Below, one piece after another: positions 13,070 to 26,247 of a stretch of DNA of 64,000 nucleotides. The notes under the pieces are model-generated. The model saw only the letters and a list, made by a program, of their open reading frames with translations. It had not been told where the DNA came from and made no database searches. Position numbers and translations under genes: made by a program. The DNA comes from Thalia democratica. Taxonomy: Eukaryota. Location of the stretch: the NCBI GenBank assembly GCA_965202585.1, contig OZ241829.1, positions 7,564,001 through 7,628,000 of the forward strand, read 5' to 3'. The first letter of the stretch is position 1; every line of letters begins with the position of its first letter.

Positions 13070-16000
13070 CACTTCTCTGAGATATTCTATAAATGATTTT
13101 CGGAATTTTCAGTTTTACATTTGTTTTCAGATGCTTTTCTATGCATACAATCCAGCACGTTTTTTATTTTCTTTTTACTTGATGATAATTTTTTGATAAT
13201 TAGTGATCCAGAATACCATGTTCAATAAAGCCTTCTTAGTTCGTTTGTTATATTGTCATAATGTTAGTATATATAAAATATTATATTATTATTTTTCGTA
13301 TCAAATTCTTTAAAAAACTAAAAAAATAGTTTATATATAAATATTATATAAGTTATATTATTGAAAAATAATTTAATAGATGTTGAAAATACTATTTGTT
13401 TATTGATAAAAAAAATTCATCACTACGTTTTTAGAAACATTTATTTTCTTGGTTTATACATAATATCAGTATTAATTGCTCCATAAGAAGTAAACGTAAA
13501 GCTTTTGATTTCTTATTACTTCATAACATTTTAAATAGTTACATAAAGCAAACTAAAAGATAGTTAAATATTGCTTCAATTAAAAAAAAGATATATGTAT
13601 AGAAACATATTTAATTAATTTGCAAAGTATGAATAGTCACTTAGTTTACAAACTTTTATTAAATGTCTCCGCAGGCGGAAGTGCAAAACAACGTGAACTA
13701 TGTACACATACTTAATGTTGGTATATTAATAGTTTTTTGTTATAAAGTTTTTTATCTAGGATATGAATTTACATTGTACTAAATAAATTATTTCAAACGT
13801 TCCTAACAATGTATAACTTTTTTCGAAAATTATTTAAAGCTAATTTATTGTTGATTAAACGACAAAAAAATCAATATATTTGGTCTCCGGATTTGGTGCA
13901 CCAAGAACCTTTTGGTTATCGAGTCGCACACCATGGATGATTGTTAAGCTTATGTCTAATAAAAATATACAGTGCAAAAAACAGGTAATTGAGTTGATTT
14001 ACTAAAATGTATAATGACTGCCATTGTTTATATAACGGTAAAAAGGAAGTGCTTAATAAGTCTGGTCTAAGGACCTGGTGTAAAAAAAACTTTTCGCTTG
14101 TCGAGTGCTACACCACAAAATTAGTTCGATTCTTTGCATAGCCTATCTTTTTAAATAAGATAAGTATATATTCCCTATATATATATATTACTTTTCTCAA
14201 AAGTTATCTCAAAATTATACTATTATATATATAGAGACATAATAGTAATAATCAAATTTATAACACAACACTCTCATATTTTTTATCATATTAGGTTAAA
14301 TAACCTTGATCAAAATAATTTTAATTTTCTTTTTTACAGTGTTATTATGTAGAAGGTATACATGCTAGAAAGTCGACAATGGTATTAATTAATGTATTTT
14401 TAAGTATGCAATAGTTGACATTAAACATTTTTAACTATTTTATTTTCACAGTTAATTTTTTTATATAGTGAACTTTTCTTTGTTGCTGATAAAAAACTTA
14501 TAACCTTAGGTTAAAAACCTACGACAAAAAAAAGATACAGTTCTGTGTTATAATATATGTATAGTAATACTTCGTATGTTTGAATTTTTTATTAAACTTA
14601 CTTAAGCTCCATAGTTTTATAAAAATGACCGAAGATGTATGTCTATCTTAAAACTTATTGTCAAAAGTTCAAACTTATTCTTAAGTGAACAGAAAAAATC
14701 CAAAACGATGTTTCAATACTTTTAGTGTTTCTTTTTTAAAATTTTACAGTCAAAACAAAACAAAGAAGTTTAATAGGCTCGTAACAGTTTAATTTAGTAG
14801 TATTTACTCTTTTGCTCCTTGGATAATAAAAACTTTATTCATGTTTTAGTCATATATTCTGTATTTGTAATTACGTTTCAAATCTTAGAATTTTTTTTTT
14901 TAACAGTAAACGTTATTATAATTTATAGTATAAAATATAGTTTTAAATTTATAGTATAAACTATAATTTTGCTAAAACTCGCTAAAACTAAAATTTTGCT
15001 TTTTAAAGGTTGTCTCTTTCGTGATGGTTTAGTAAGTATTGACGATTTTAATAAGTATTTATTAAAAAATCTGTTAAAGAATGTAGTTTTTTTTTAAATG
15101 TAATCTTTTTTCTGCTACTTGAGTCAAAATTTAACAATAAGAATTTAAAAAAAAAAATGTTAAGATTAAACAAAAACTTTCTGATATTGATCTAGTATTA
15201 GTATTCTGTCATCAAAGTAAAACACTTAATTAATGACTATGTTATATTCAATACACTTAATGATTTTATTTATAATCATAAAATATTTTTAATAATATTA
15301 TTTTCTATTGTTTCTTTCTAACTTAAGCAGTAAAATTATTTTATGCTCTTTAGCGCTACATCAATTACTGGTTTTAAAGCAAACGAAACTGACACACCGA
15401 TAATTGCTAAACCAACAATCTAAATGTTCTTAAAAATGCTCAGTGAACAAGAGATGCTGTCTTAAAGTATGATAGTGTTAATCAAAATATGGCATCACTA
15501 TTTTTGTATGTTAGTTGCAAACAATTAGTTAAAAAGTTTTTTTAATCTTTTTATTAAGAGTGTTATGTCATAAAACAGTATTCTTTCATATTTTAAAATG
15601 TAGATCAGCTTTATAGTAAATATAATCAGTAACTCTTGTAAGTTTGTTTTTTGAATTCAACAATAGCAATGCCAATATGTTTTCAACATTTAGTATAGTT
15701 AAAGCATATCAACTGCAAACAAATTATTAAAAATTATTTTAAAAGGCAAAGTTAAATAGTTATTTATTCTAAACTTTGTTTACATCAATATTTAGTCTTA
15801 ATAATCTGCACTAAAATAGATTTAAATAACTCAACAAACTGTTTTTCTGCTAAAAATCAAACATTTACTTATTTTAAGCTTAAAAATATATGTAATAGTC
15901 AATAAACACTTTAATGTTAAAATATGATAACTAAATCTAGAAAATAAACTTTAAAAAAAAGATACAGCCAGAAAAAATGATAAACTTAAACTTTAAGTTG

Positions 16001-16721
16001 TGAAGTTCCTTTAAAAATATACTACAATACAAAAATTTTGTAGAACCCAAGAACTTTTTAAATACGTTTAACTAAATATAAAAACAGTTGCCAGATTTTA
16101 AACAGCAAGTAGTACTTCTAGAATACAAATAATTGAGCTAAAGATTGACTAATTGTTTACTGAACTATAAAAAATGCACCCAAAATGTTTAGTCAAAAGA
16201 ACTGGTGCAAGAAAACATCACTAAAGCTTAATATAATGTAAAGTTTATAATTAAAAGATAGTTTTTTATAAAGAATATTCATCACATCAATAATTAAGGT
16301 TTTTACAAACACTGATTTAAATATATTATATTTATTAGAATTTATTATGTATAATAATTGAGTGAATATTAGAAAAGTTTAAATAAGAATTATCATGACA
16401 AATTTTCAACTGTGTTGAAAAGCTTTTTCAACAGTGCACAATAATATAGCTTTATTAGATAAGAGTATTAAATTTTTGATAAACTAATGTTAGCCAAAGT
16501 GAAATTTTAAGTTGCCAACCCTTGGTTAAATTATTACATCAATGATATTTTTTTTAAAACTAAAACTATTATAACACACCTCTCATTTTTGACTTCTAAT
16601 AGACTTATGTATATTCTTTACATATTTTACAAATATAAAAAAAACAAAACACATGTTATTTTGATATAAAATAAAGTACAGTTGTACTATTATCGATGAA
16701 ACAGGGTTGCTACAAAGGTAT

Positions 16722-16900
16722 ACTATCAAAATCCACCCGATCAAAATCCATCCTTTTTTTTCTTTATTTATTAATTTATTTTGTAATTTGTTTGATCTTA
16801 ATTTCTTTTTATGTTTATTTTTCTATTTCACTGTTACCCCTAACCCTTACCCTCAATCAGTAAACGGTTCTCAAATTTAACTGGGTGGATTTTGAACGTG
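16722..16900. mobile_element. Nested MITE relic with a ttacccctaacccttaccctc core
   Basis: aaaatccacc / ggtggatttt inverted ends. The same core occurs at about 19575, 19690 and 40445. Confidence 0.55.
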
Positions 16901-17487
16901 TGAAAACCTCAAAACCTTGCATTTAAAGTTTAGGCTAAAAAAATATGGTAACACCTGGAATTTGAGAAGTACATTAAAAAAATAGAAAAACCTGGAACTT
17001 TGAACAACTTCTACATGATAAGTAGTAAAATTTTGACTTGACATTAAGTTGACTTGACATGACAAATATTAAAGACAAAATAAATTTGTATTTATCAAAC
17101 TTTTAAATTTTCAAAAACACATTGAAAGCAGCTATCAAGTACTTTTTCATTGTTTTTATACAACTTGACACATTTTTCGAATTTTAAAATTAAACTAGGG
17201 CTTGATAAACTTTTTTTCAAAAGGCCCCCTCTAAGGAACTAAAAACCTATGGCCCCCTCAAACAAGACTATTCAAAACACGAAAAACAAAAACCACTATT
17301 AGTCTACCATTTGCAACTTATTATTAACAGATAAATAATTTTATTTTATATTTTATTTCACAAAGCTTTTCAAGCTATACAAGTTTGATTTTCAAGTGAT
17401 AAATGTTAAATGAATTTTGAAAAAACGTTGGTCAGTAAACAGCTAAATAAAAAACTTTAAATTATGACGTATAAAGAAGTTAAACTA

Positions 17488-18271
17488 CAGTAACTTCTCG
17501 CTTGTTTACGCACATTGTGTCCACAGAAAAAGTGCGTAAAGATATGAGAGATCGTAAAGAAACGAGAGGTACCAAATATACTCACTATAATGGCTGTTTT
17601 TTTATATTGCTTCTAGTTAAAAGCAGACTGGGCACTTTCCCACTTTTAACTATTTGTTTACTTCATTTATAATATGAAAACAACAAATAAAATTATACAA
17701 ATATTAAAAAAAAAGAATTTGATTTTCTTTAAAATAATAATAATACGAGTAGAAATAGTTTTACTATTTTAATAATAAGTAGAAATTATCTTTATCTTTA
17801 TTTATATGTGACATTTATATTCTATTCTACTCAGCAAATTCAATTTATAATTAAGCATTTCTTTACATTTATAACATGGTGTTTATTAATATATAGGGCA
17901 AGACTGCTGTATTATTTCTTTGTCTTAAAAACTCTCATTATTTCATTATACTTTCATTATTAAAAACAGTCATGTTTATTTCAGAATTTTGATTTAATCT
18001 CTTATTGTTAACAAAATTTCTGATATACTGAGGTATAACTAAATGTTTATCAATTAGTCAAGGAACATAAATTTACAAAGTCTAAAGATATAGAGAGGTG
18101 TGTTAGCATTCAAAAACATATTTTAGTTTAAAAATATACATTAAACCTAATTTGTGCAATATATCAAAAAAAGTTAAAAATTTTATTTTCTGAAATTTAT
18201 AGAATTCTGAAATGCGTAACTAAACGAGAGTGCGTAACGTCACGAGTGCGTAAAGATCCGAGAGGTTACTG
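17488..18271. mobile_element. Tc1/mariner/pogo-type non-autonomous element, nested
   Basis: TA|cagtaacttctcg ... cgagaggttactg|TA: inverted termini with a TA target duplication and subterminal gtgcgtaa repeats. Confidence 0.85.
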
Positions 18272-19559
18272 TATATACAAAATGTAGAGGTTTAGCAAGT
18301 AAAACTAAAGTGAAGGTATGTTTATTAATAAATAATAATTATTTTGTTTTTCCATTTAATGCTTTTTGCGTATTTAACTTAGGTCGCTCGTCCTCAATCA
18401 ATAATGATTCTATTTTTTTTACATTGAGTTCGTTTTGTTTACATCGTTTTAAAACTTTAAAGTTTTGAACAATGTCAGAGTTTTGACAAGGTGTGCAATT
18501 GAATAGATGTTCAGATACTGCGTTTCTTTAAATGTTCCGCACTGGTCTGTAATTCAAAAACACCAAAGAGCCTTTACTTTTGCTCTTCATCATCAACTCT
18601 AGAATATCTAGTGTAAGCTTCAAGTTATGATCTTATTGTCCCTAAACTGCTCATGACCCTCTAAATTTATGTCATGGTCCACTTTTGGAAACCCTTCTTT
18701 AAACTATTAATTGACCAAAAACGTGTGCTTTTAAAACACCTGGAAAAAAAATCAGAAAACCTGGAAAAATATTATCAAAAACCAGCGACAACCCTGATGA
18801 AACAATTGTAATTAAAAATATTTGAATTGTTTAAAATTATGTTACTTGTTGGATTGGGTAAAATAGGTAAAGACTGCAAGCTGACTAGAATGTTGATAAA
18901 GTTTGAAAGAAGCCTATATCTTTTATAATTAAGGTTATAAACAGTTTATTTACTAATGTATATAATTATCTAAAATTTCAGGATTTTCCAACTTTTTATA
19001 TGATATTAATTCAAAATTAATTTTTTTTCTATATTATTTTTACAATGTATCAAACCCCAAATATTTCAAAGTTTATTATTGTTTAAATTAAATAAGTTAA
19101 AGTTAAAGTATCAGAAAGCCTGAATTTTTTTGGGTAGCCTAAAAACAATTAGCCATTCTGTTCTAAGTATTAAGCATAATTACAAAAGTTCAATTAACAA
19201 AGATAAAAGTTATTTGTATTTGTTTTAAAAATTTTAATAGCTTATAATTAACTATCTGACTGATAGTGAATGTAATTACAAACATACACCAAAAATATTA
19301 TGTAAAAATTAAAGACAAGTCATTTTAAAATGTTATTAACTTGTCATCACTTAATTTAATCTTATAGTTAATTATTAATGGGTAGATTGAAAACTCGGCT
19401 TTTTTATTGTGATCTTTTCAAACTAACTTTAAAGTAACGTTTTTCAAATTAGAATTCAATATAAACTTAACACCAGGTCTAAACATCTACTTATATAGGG
19501 TGCACTACTACTATACTCAGAAAAAAACTTTTTTTTTTATAAATTTTATCAGTTATTAT

Positions 19560-19840
19560 ATTTTAATATCACTGTTACCCCTAACTCTTACCTTCGATCG
19601 GTAGCTTTTTTGTTTATTTATTAATTTACTATTTAGTTTTCTTTATTTATAGTAGTGTTTATTAGTTTTTTTTATATATATACTATCACTTTTACCCTTA
19701 ACCCTTACCCTCGATCAGTAATTTTAATCTTTTAGCTATTTATTTATTATTAATTTTTATTTTACTGAAGTCTAAAAATGACTTTCTGTGCATAACGATC
19801 ACTCGTGCAATTTTGTCTTTGTGCAATTTTGATCCGTTAT
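19560..19840. mobile_element. Relic of the ccctaacc-core MITE family
   Basis: Two ttaccc(c/t)taac cores and gtgcaatttt repeats, similar to 40115-40608. Confidence 0.5.
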
Positions 19841-20122
19841 TATTTTTATTATGTATATTTTAATTTGAAGTGCAGCTTATCATGTTTGTAGTATTTATAT
19901 CAATGAAATATCAAAACAGAAGCAAAATTTAGTTTTTTTTAAAAGATAAAAGCAGCTTTGTACTGACTGGCTTAATAAATAAAAACGAGTTTTGAATCCA
20001 TCACTTATTAATCATTATTATAAATTAAAAATGTGAAAGACTATATTTTAAGGTTTTTATTTTGAATGAATTATTAAAATACTAAGTTAAACTTCATTAC
20101 TGATATTGTCAATTATTTGTTG

Positions 20123-21273
20123 CAGGGCTGCCACACGGTTAGGAATGTTAGGAAAATCAGGAAAAGTCAGGAATTTCTTAAAAAAAAGTTTCAAAAGCGA
20201 TGAAATATCAAAAAAAAAAGGGGTTTTTGAAAAAAGTCATGATATTTGACAAAATTTTAAAAATCATCAGACTTTGTCAGTTCAAGTTTACAAAAATCCT
20301 TATTTTCCAGAGCCTTCAAATGGTAAAAAATTAGTTTAAAGTTGTTTTAAGTCAGACTAAAATTGAGAAATTTTCCAATAAACTTACAAACTTACATAAT
20401 TTCCAATGCCTATTTATGGTAAAAATTAGTAAAACTTCCTTTATGAAACTGCAAAACTTTTCTATTAAAACATTAAACAACAATCCTACTTAAACAAGCA
20501 GTTTTTGTATTCTTTTTAGTAGTGATGAAATACATAAATGTTTGTCTTGCAGTATTTTCAAATCAAAGTGTTTTGTGTTAAAGTATATAATTAAACTCTT
20601 TATAAATGAGTACTAAGTTTAGTATTTTATGTAACAAGTTTATCTGTATCGTTTACCTTTTTATAATATTTTCAAAGTTGTTTATATTTGTAAAACAAGT
20701 AAAAGCAGATTATGTTATTAATTTTTAATGAGTTTACTGCATTTTACTTGTTGTTTCATTTATTTTGAATTCTGAAGATATAGAGGGAGACAACAATGAC
20801 CATATATGAAAGTCAACTCTAAAAACCCAAGTGTAATTTAAATAAGTAATATAAATAAAAAATGTCTGCAAAGGGTCCTAAACATAAACGTCCTAGAAAG
20901 TAACCCTGTCTGCAGGAAAAGTATAAGTTAAATAGGTCAGGTTGACAATCTGCCGTAGACAGAGAACCAGACTAAATTGAGGTTTTGGTTGTCGGCCCAT
21001 CAGCATCCATATCTCACAAAATTTTGTATTTAAAACGTTTCATGATAAATAAAAACATTTTATTTAACAAATTGTAATGGATTAAGATGATTAAATTCAG
21101 AAAAAAACTGTTGTTTCAAATAAAGTAATACTGCTGTAAAAAAGTAACATTGAAAATTTTATCTAGTTTCAAGTGTTTGATTATGTATTTTAGAATAGTT
21201 TAATTTAAGAGTTTGATTTAAAAAACTCAAAAAAAGCAAGATTTTTTTCTCAGCTTGATCTGTGGCAACCCTA
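20123..21273. mobile_element. Non-autonomous DNA transposon, CAGGG(C/T)TGCCA TIR family
   Basis: cagggctgccaca ... tgtggcaacccta. Flanks ttgttg / atgttg (5 of 6 match). Subterminal tcaggaa repeats. Confidence 0.75.
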
Positions 21274-22637
21274 ATGTTGGGAAATTTAAACTTTATACTT
21301 TTCTAACTGTTCTTAAAAACAATCTACTTTCTATTAGGGAAACATTGTTATTTTGACTTGTTTATTGGATATGAACTTTATGACACGGTAGTACATTTGT
21401 ATAATTTTTAAAGTCAACGGATTTAGAAAATACTTTGCTTGAAGTCTTTTCATAAGAATAGACATAAGTTTAGTCGAAACAAATATTAAGAAAAAATAGT
21501 GTTTTTAACACAAAAAAAATCTACCTTTTAACATTTTGTAAGTGTGAAACTCTTATATTTTAGTTCTGTGAAAATAATGATACATGGTATTTAACAAGTA
21601 TAACAGTATTGATTGACCAAGGCAGGCCGAAATAAAAAAATACTGGGCAGGTCATTTTTATCTTAGGGTCGGTTTCCATTGAAATTTTATAAACATTAGC
21701 GGGACAGTCATTCTCAACCTACGAACTGAATTCGGTTTCTGGCCTGGTCCACCGTACCTAACCCTACCTATACTAGATTGTTTGTAACCATATTTTGATG
21801 TATGTACCTTTAGTTTTATTAGACTTAACATTAACCTTAAATTTTAACTTAGCTTGCACATATTTTTTAAAATCTTATTATTTATAACTTGCTTTCTAAC
21901 TGTTTAACTAAATTAATAAAGATATTTTCAATATTAAATTGTATCTTAATAACTATTTTTATTTCAGTTTAATAAAAGATAGCAAACTTCTAGTTTGCAC
22001 TACTAAGTAAAATTTTTCTAGAGTAAATGCAAATAATAATTTAACGGCATCAATATTTTATTTAATTAGTAAAATTATTTGAAACAAATTATTATAACTA
22101 TAAATTTAAATAGATTATCTATTATTTGCTTTCAAAACTTTGAACATTGAGTTCTCGCTTTATGAGATGTTTCAATTATTTAAAACAGTATAATGAAAAA
22201 TGTAAGTCTTTTATATGGTTTTAGTATGTTAAACTTAAAGTTTTACAACTAAATTTTAAAAATCATTTAAAAACAGTTTCAATTTGATGTAACCGTTTTT
22301 TATAATTGATAATTATTTAATTAAATACTATAGTATGTAGAATTGGTCGTCACCATTTTAAAGTGTTAATTATTTAGTTAATTTTTTAATCAATTTTTAT
22401 GGATTATTTAACAGAACTTGTTAAGAGATTTTAACTACTGGTTCACATTTTCATTTTTAAATTATGCTGAATTGATTTATTGTGTTTACATTGTTGCAAC
22501 AACTTCTATTTAAATAAAGTTGTATGAAACCAGTCTAAAAATAAAAACTTTAGAAAAAATAACAAAAACAAAATAAATTTATGTACATTATTTATATATT
22601 TTATTGCCAGAACTGTTTTATTAAATGCTTATATGAA

Positions 22638-25600
22638 ATGTTAAGTTTCATCTCAAGCGATAGTCAGGAAGACTCGGACGATGACTTTTTCGATGAAAGT
22701 TTTTTCAAAACAACTCCAACAAAGAGACTTGATAAAGATTTGAGTAAGAATTTTATTAAACCTTATTTTTCAAAAGTAGTAATATAAAGCTAAATACAGT
22801 ACAGAGTAGAAAGTATGTACTATGAAATGGCTTAAAATTAAGACCTTAAAACTTCTTGAAAAATCACGTATAAAAATTTAAGTATGATTGATAAAGTTTA
22901 TATAAGTTGAAAAATAATCTATCAGAAGTGTCTTGTGTACAAACTTTTTACAAGATTGTTACTTTATAGAGTGTTTATTTACTTTATAAAAACTCTAAAA
23001 TTCTTTTAAAAGCCCGAAAACCAGTGTAACTGAACTGAATTTTACTATTCAAAAATAATCTCATACTGTATGAAATTAATATCATAAAATTCTGATACGT
23101 TAAGGCTTAAAGTTTGTTAAACCTTGTATATCATTTTAAGTAAGCTAACCTATTTTTTTATGCATAAAAATAAAGGAAAGTTGAATTTTTAAACCTTTAA
23201 ATGAACTAATTATATATTTTTTTTTTCAATCAAGTGCCTGATATAGTTGAAGATGTGACCGCAGCATTAAATCAATTTAAAACTGAATTTTCTGAAAGAT
23301 ACTGTCAGGAGAAGGCTGGTCCCAATTTTTCCACCAATACTTTTAGTGATGTTATGGATGAAGCAATTAAGGGTCCAAATTTAAAACAATTAGGTAAAAA
23401 GACAAATTTCAAAATTGTATTTGCTTAAAATAGTGTAGAAAATTTAAAAATAGTTAAATTTAAAACAATTTGTGATTGTGATTTCGTAATTTTAAAATAT
23501 TTCAAAAATTTATTGTTGTTGTACACAAATAACTTCTTCATTTATTTGAAATTTTTTTTTTAAATTTTTATAATAGAAATATTACTAACATACAATTTAC
23601 TTAATTAATAAAACCCCTTTCAAGTAGAACTACTGATAGTAAAATTCAAGAAATTTTGCTATAATATATTAAATACAGTTTAACTAATTAAACATACTAA
23701 TATAAATAAAATGTTTCGTTGAAGTGTTTATTTCAATACCTGAATTCTACTGTATGTAAAATATTTTAACTTTTATATTTTTATTTCACAGCAATCTACT
23801 TACACAATGAGAAGAGTATTGGTTCAAACATATTCTGTTCAGAAGTATTGTGCAATGATAAAATTTCAAAAACTTTAAATTCAAGTTTCATATGTTGGGG
23901 ATGGGACATCACAACTACTTTTAATAAAAATAAGTTTGTTGCTTTCAGTTAATTTTTGATTTACTTTTGAAATATTCATTTGTTTTTTCATAGTTCCTAC
24001 ACTTTTGACTGTTTGTTTTTTTTTTTATTTGACACCTAATTATACTTAAGAGATCTTGTTTATTTCACAATTTTACCTTTTAAGATATATTTCAATACTT
24101 TTTTTTACGATTTTGTGTTTTTATATATTTTTTAGCTATCAAAATTTGTATGCCTTTTTAAATAAATTAGTAAGTCGTTTTTATTTAATTTTTTTTTAAA
24201 TATTTTGCTCCATGTTTTATTACGATTTTACGTTGTTAATAATTTTTTCCGTGTTTGTTTAAAAGTTTTAAAACATTAAAGCTTAGAATGTTTTACTATA
24301 AAATTAATAAAAGAAAATTTTTGAAATCAAATGTAATATTTTTCCTATAGCATAACACAATTTAAACACAGGTTATTAGATTTTGCATTCAACTATTGCC
24401 ATGATCTACGTGAGGAACTTGAAGTTATAAATCAAGGGACCAATTCCATGCTTGTTTTGATAACTGGTGTTGGTGACCATTTCAAAGTTGACAAAATTCT
24501 CAAAGGTATAAGTGTTTTTTGATATTTTTAATAAATAGACAGTATTGAAGCTATATTTTTATATTTTTTAAAGTAATGATTTTAAATTATAATTTAATAC
24601 ATTTAATTTGAAAGTATGAAAACGGCATTTTAAATCTATATATATATAAGTATAAATATACTAAAAAAACTGCTTAAATGTCTATTTTTTAATAAGTTAA
24701 TAATTCAAACAGCGTTACTTTACTATGTAGATAAAAATTTACGTATAAAAAAACTATATTACTAAGCACAGAAAATATTGCAAGTAGTATAACTTTTTTG
24801 TAAAAATTATTTTCTTAACTATTTTTTTTCTAATAAATATATTAAAAATGTTGAGTTTCTTATACTAGTCACAAAATAAAAATTTTCTAAGAATTTGTAA
24901 TCAAACAATTAATTACTAAAATGTGCACTGTGTATCAAATAAAAGTTTATTAACATATTCTGTACAGTACATATTCTAAAACATTACTTGGAGTCACTGA
25001 ACAAAAATGTATTTTTTGTAGATGTTGATGATTCTAATACGGTATACGAAAGCTTAGTTAAAGCTAAGATAAAAGCTGTAAAAAGGTCAGTTAGTTAAAA
25101 TTCTCATATAAAGAAATACTTAACTTGATCATAAAAGATGTTTTTAATATATTGTTATTATAGAATAGTTTAAACTTCCGACAAAAATTTTAGTCTTTGA
25201 AAATATATAAAAACTCAAAAATTGTAGAAATAAAATACTTTTATTTAAACTTACTTGTTTTTTACAGTGTTAAGCTTGTTGTTCAGCTTGATTGTATTTC
25301 TAATTTTTACATACAAGTTTAGTTAACGATAGTTTTGCTAATATTATCAAATACAATTTTCAAACCGTTTAAAATTCATTTAAAAAGTATTCAACAGAAA
25401 CATTACCGAAATGTATGCGGAAAACTCAAAATACGTTTTGGAGGTTATGACGTCATCGGATGAAGATTACGACGTCATAAGGAGAAATTTCGAGAACACA
25501 ACGACGGGTGAGAAAGCTCAAAACATCTACCGCGTAACGAGACGCGATGACGCAATTAATGATAAAAGGGATGATGATGTATGTAGAGAGAAAATTGATG

Positions 25601-26247
25601 ATAAAATTGGTAATGAGAAAAGTAATGATGACATATGTACTAAGAAAGAATGTAATGACGTTGCTAAAGAGAAGAGTTACCATCACGCAAGCAAGGAGAA
25701 TAGAAATGATGACGTCAAAGCAGCTGATGACGTATGTGATGGGAAAAGCGATAATCTCCTACTGTTCCATGGGACCAGCTTGGAAAATTCCGTTGGCATC
25801 ATCGAGGAAGGTTTCAGGCCGTCTGAGAGGGGTAAATTCGGCCCTGGTGTCTACCTCACGGCCAGCTCAGTGTGCGCGATAGGCTACGCGATAAAAAAGT
25901 CCCTGGACAAGAAGCTCTTCGTCCCAAACAGCATTGCGTTTGGACAACAAACCCCTAAAATTATGCATTGCGTTTTCGTTAACGAAGTCTTGGAATCGGA
26001 GAAGCTGAAGGTGCTAAAGTGGAGCGACGCCGACAGCACCAAGAACCAGTTTGCAAAGTACCTGGAGATGGGCAGGATGGAGGATCTGGAGGGAGAGACT
26101 CACGATGAGGACAGCAAGGGAAGAAGGATCAGGAGCTCTCCGGCGACGCAAGCGGATGATTACGATCATTACGTTTGCTGGAAGGACTTGGTCGCTCCCA
26201 GATACTTCATTCAGTTCTACCATATTTTAACTGATGTAAAACTTTGA
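22638..26247 (+). CDS. Chimeric protein, about 484 aa: FAF1-like acidic linker + UAS domain fused to a PARP-like ADP-ribosyltransferase domain; exons 22638-22743, 23235-23393, 23792-23933, 24372-24505, 25022-25085, 25398-26247
   Basis: All five introns are GT-AG with compatible phases (1,1,2,1,2); the spliced length is 1455 nt with no internal stop. The translation includes ALNQFKTEFSERY, AIYLHNEKSIGSNIFCSEVLC and FICWGWDIT (FAF1 UAS-like), then LLFHGTS, GFRPSERGKFGPGVYL and YDHYVCW...PRYFIQF (PARP-like). The 5' end is uncertain; there are alternative acceptors at 22610 and 22657. Confidence 0.88.

Larger units (their letters stand above)
16702..18796. mobile_element. Non-autonomous DNA transposon with CAGGGTTG terminal inverted repeats (hAT-like) and nested insertions
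   Basis: cagggttg at 16702 and caaccctg ending at 18796. Flanking direct repeat atgaaa on both sides. Subterminal acctggaa repeats. Weak transposase-like relic at about 18350-18690 (minus). Confidence 0.8.

Noticed and set aside
14339-15430. Isolated plus-strand exon-like segments (about 14339-14380 and 15355-15425)
   Set aside because: No recognisable homology and no consistent multi-exon model.
21330-21390. Possible extra upstream exon of the UAS-PARP gene (GKHCYFDLFIGYELYDT)
   Set aside because: Weak donor (gtagta) and no similarity to FAF1 UBA/UBL regions; it needs transcript data.
25398-26247. Claim of bacterial horizontal transfer of the PARP exon
   Set aside because: Composition alone cannot separate transfer from retroposition or TE cargo; it is kept only as a hypothesis pending phylogeny.
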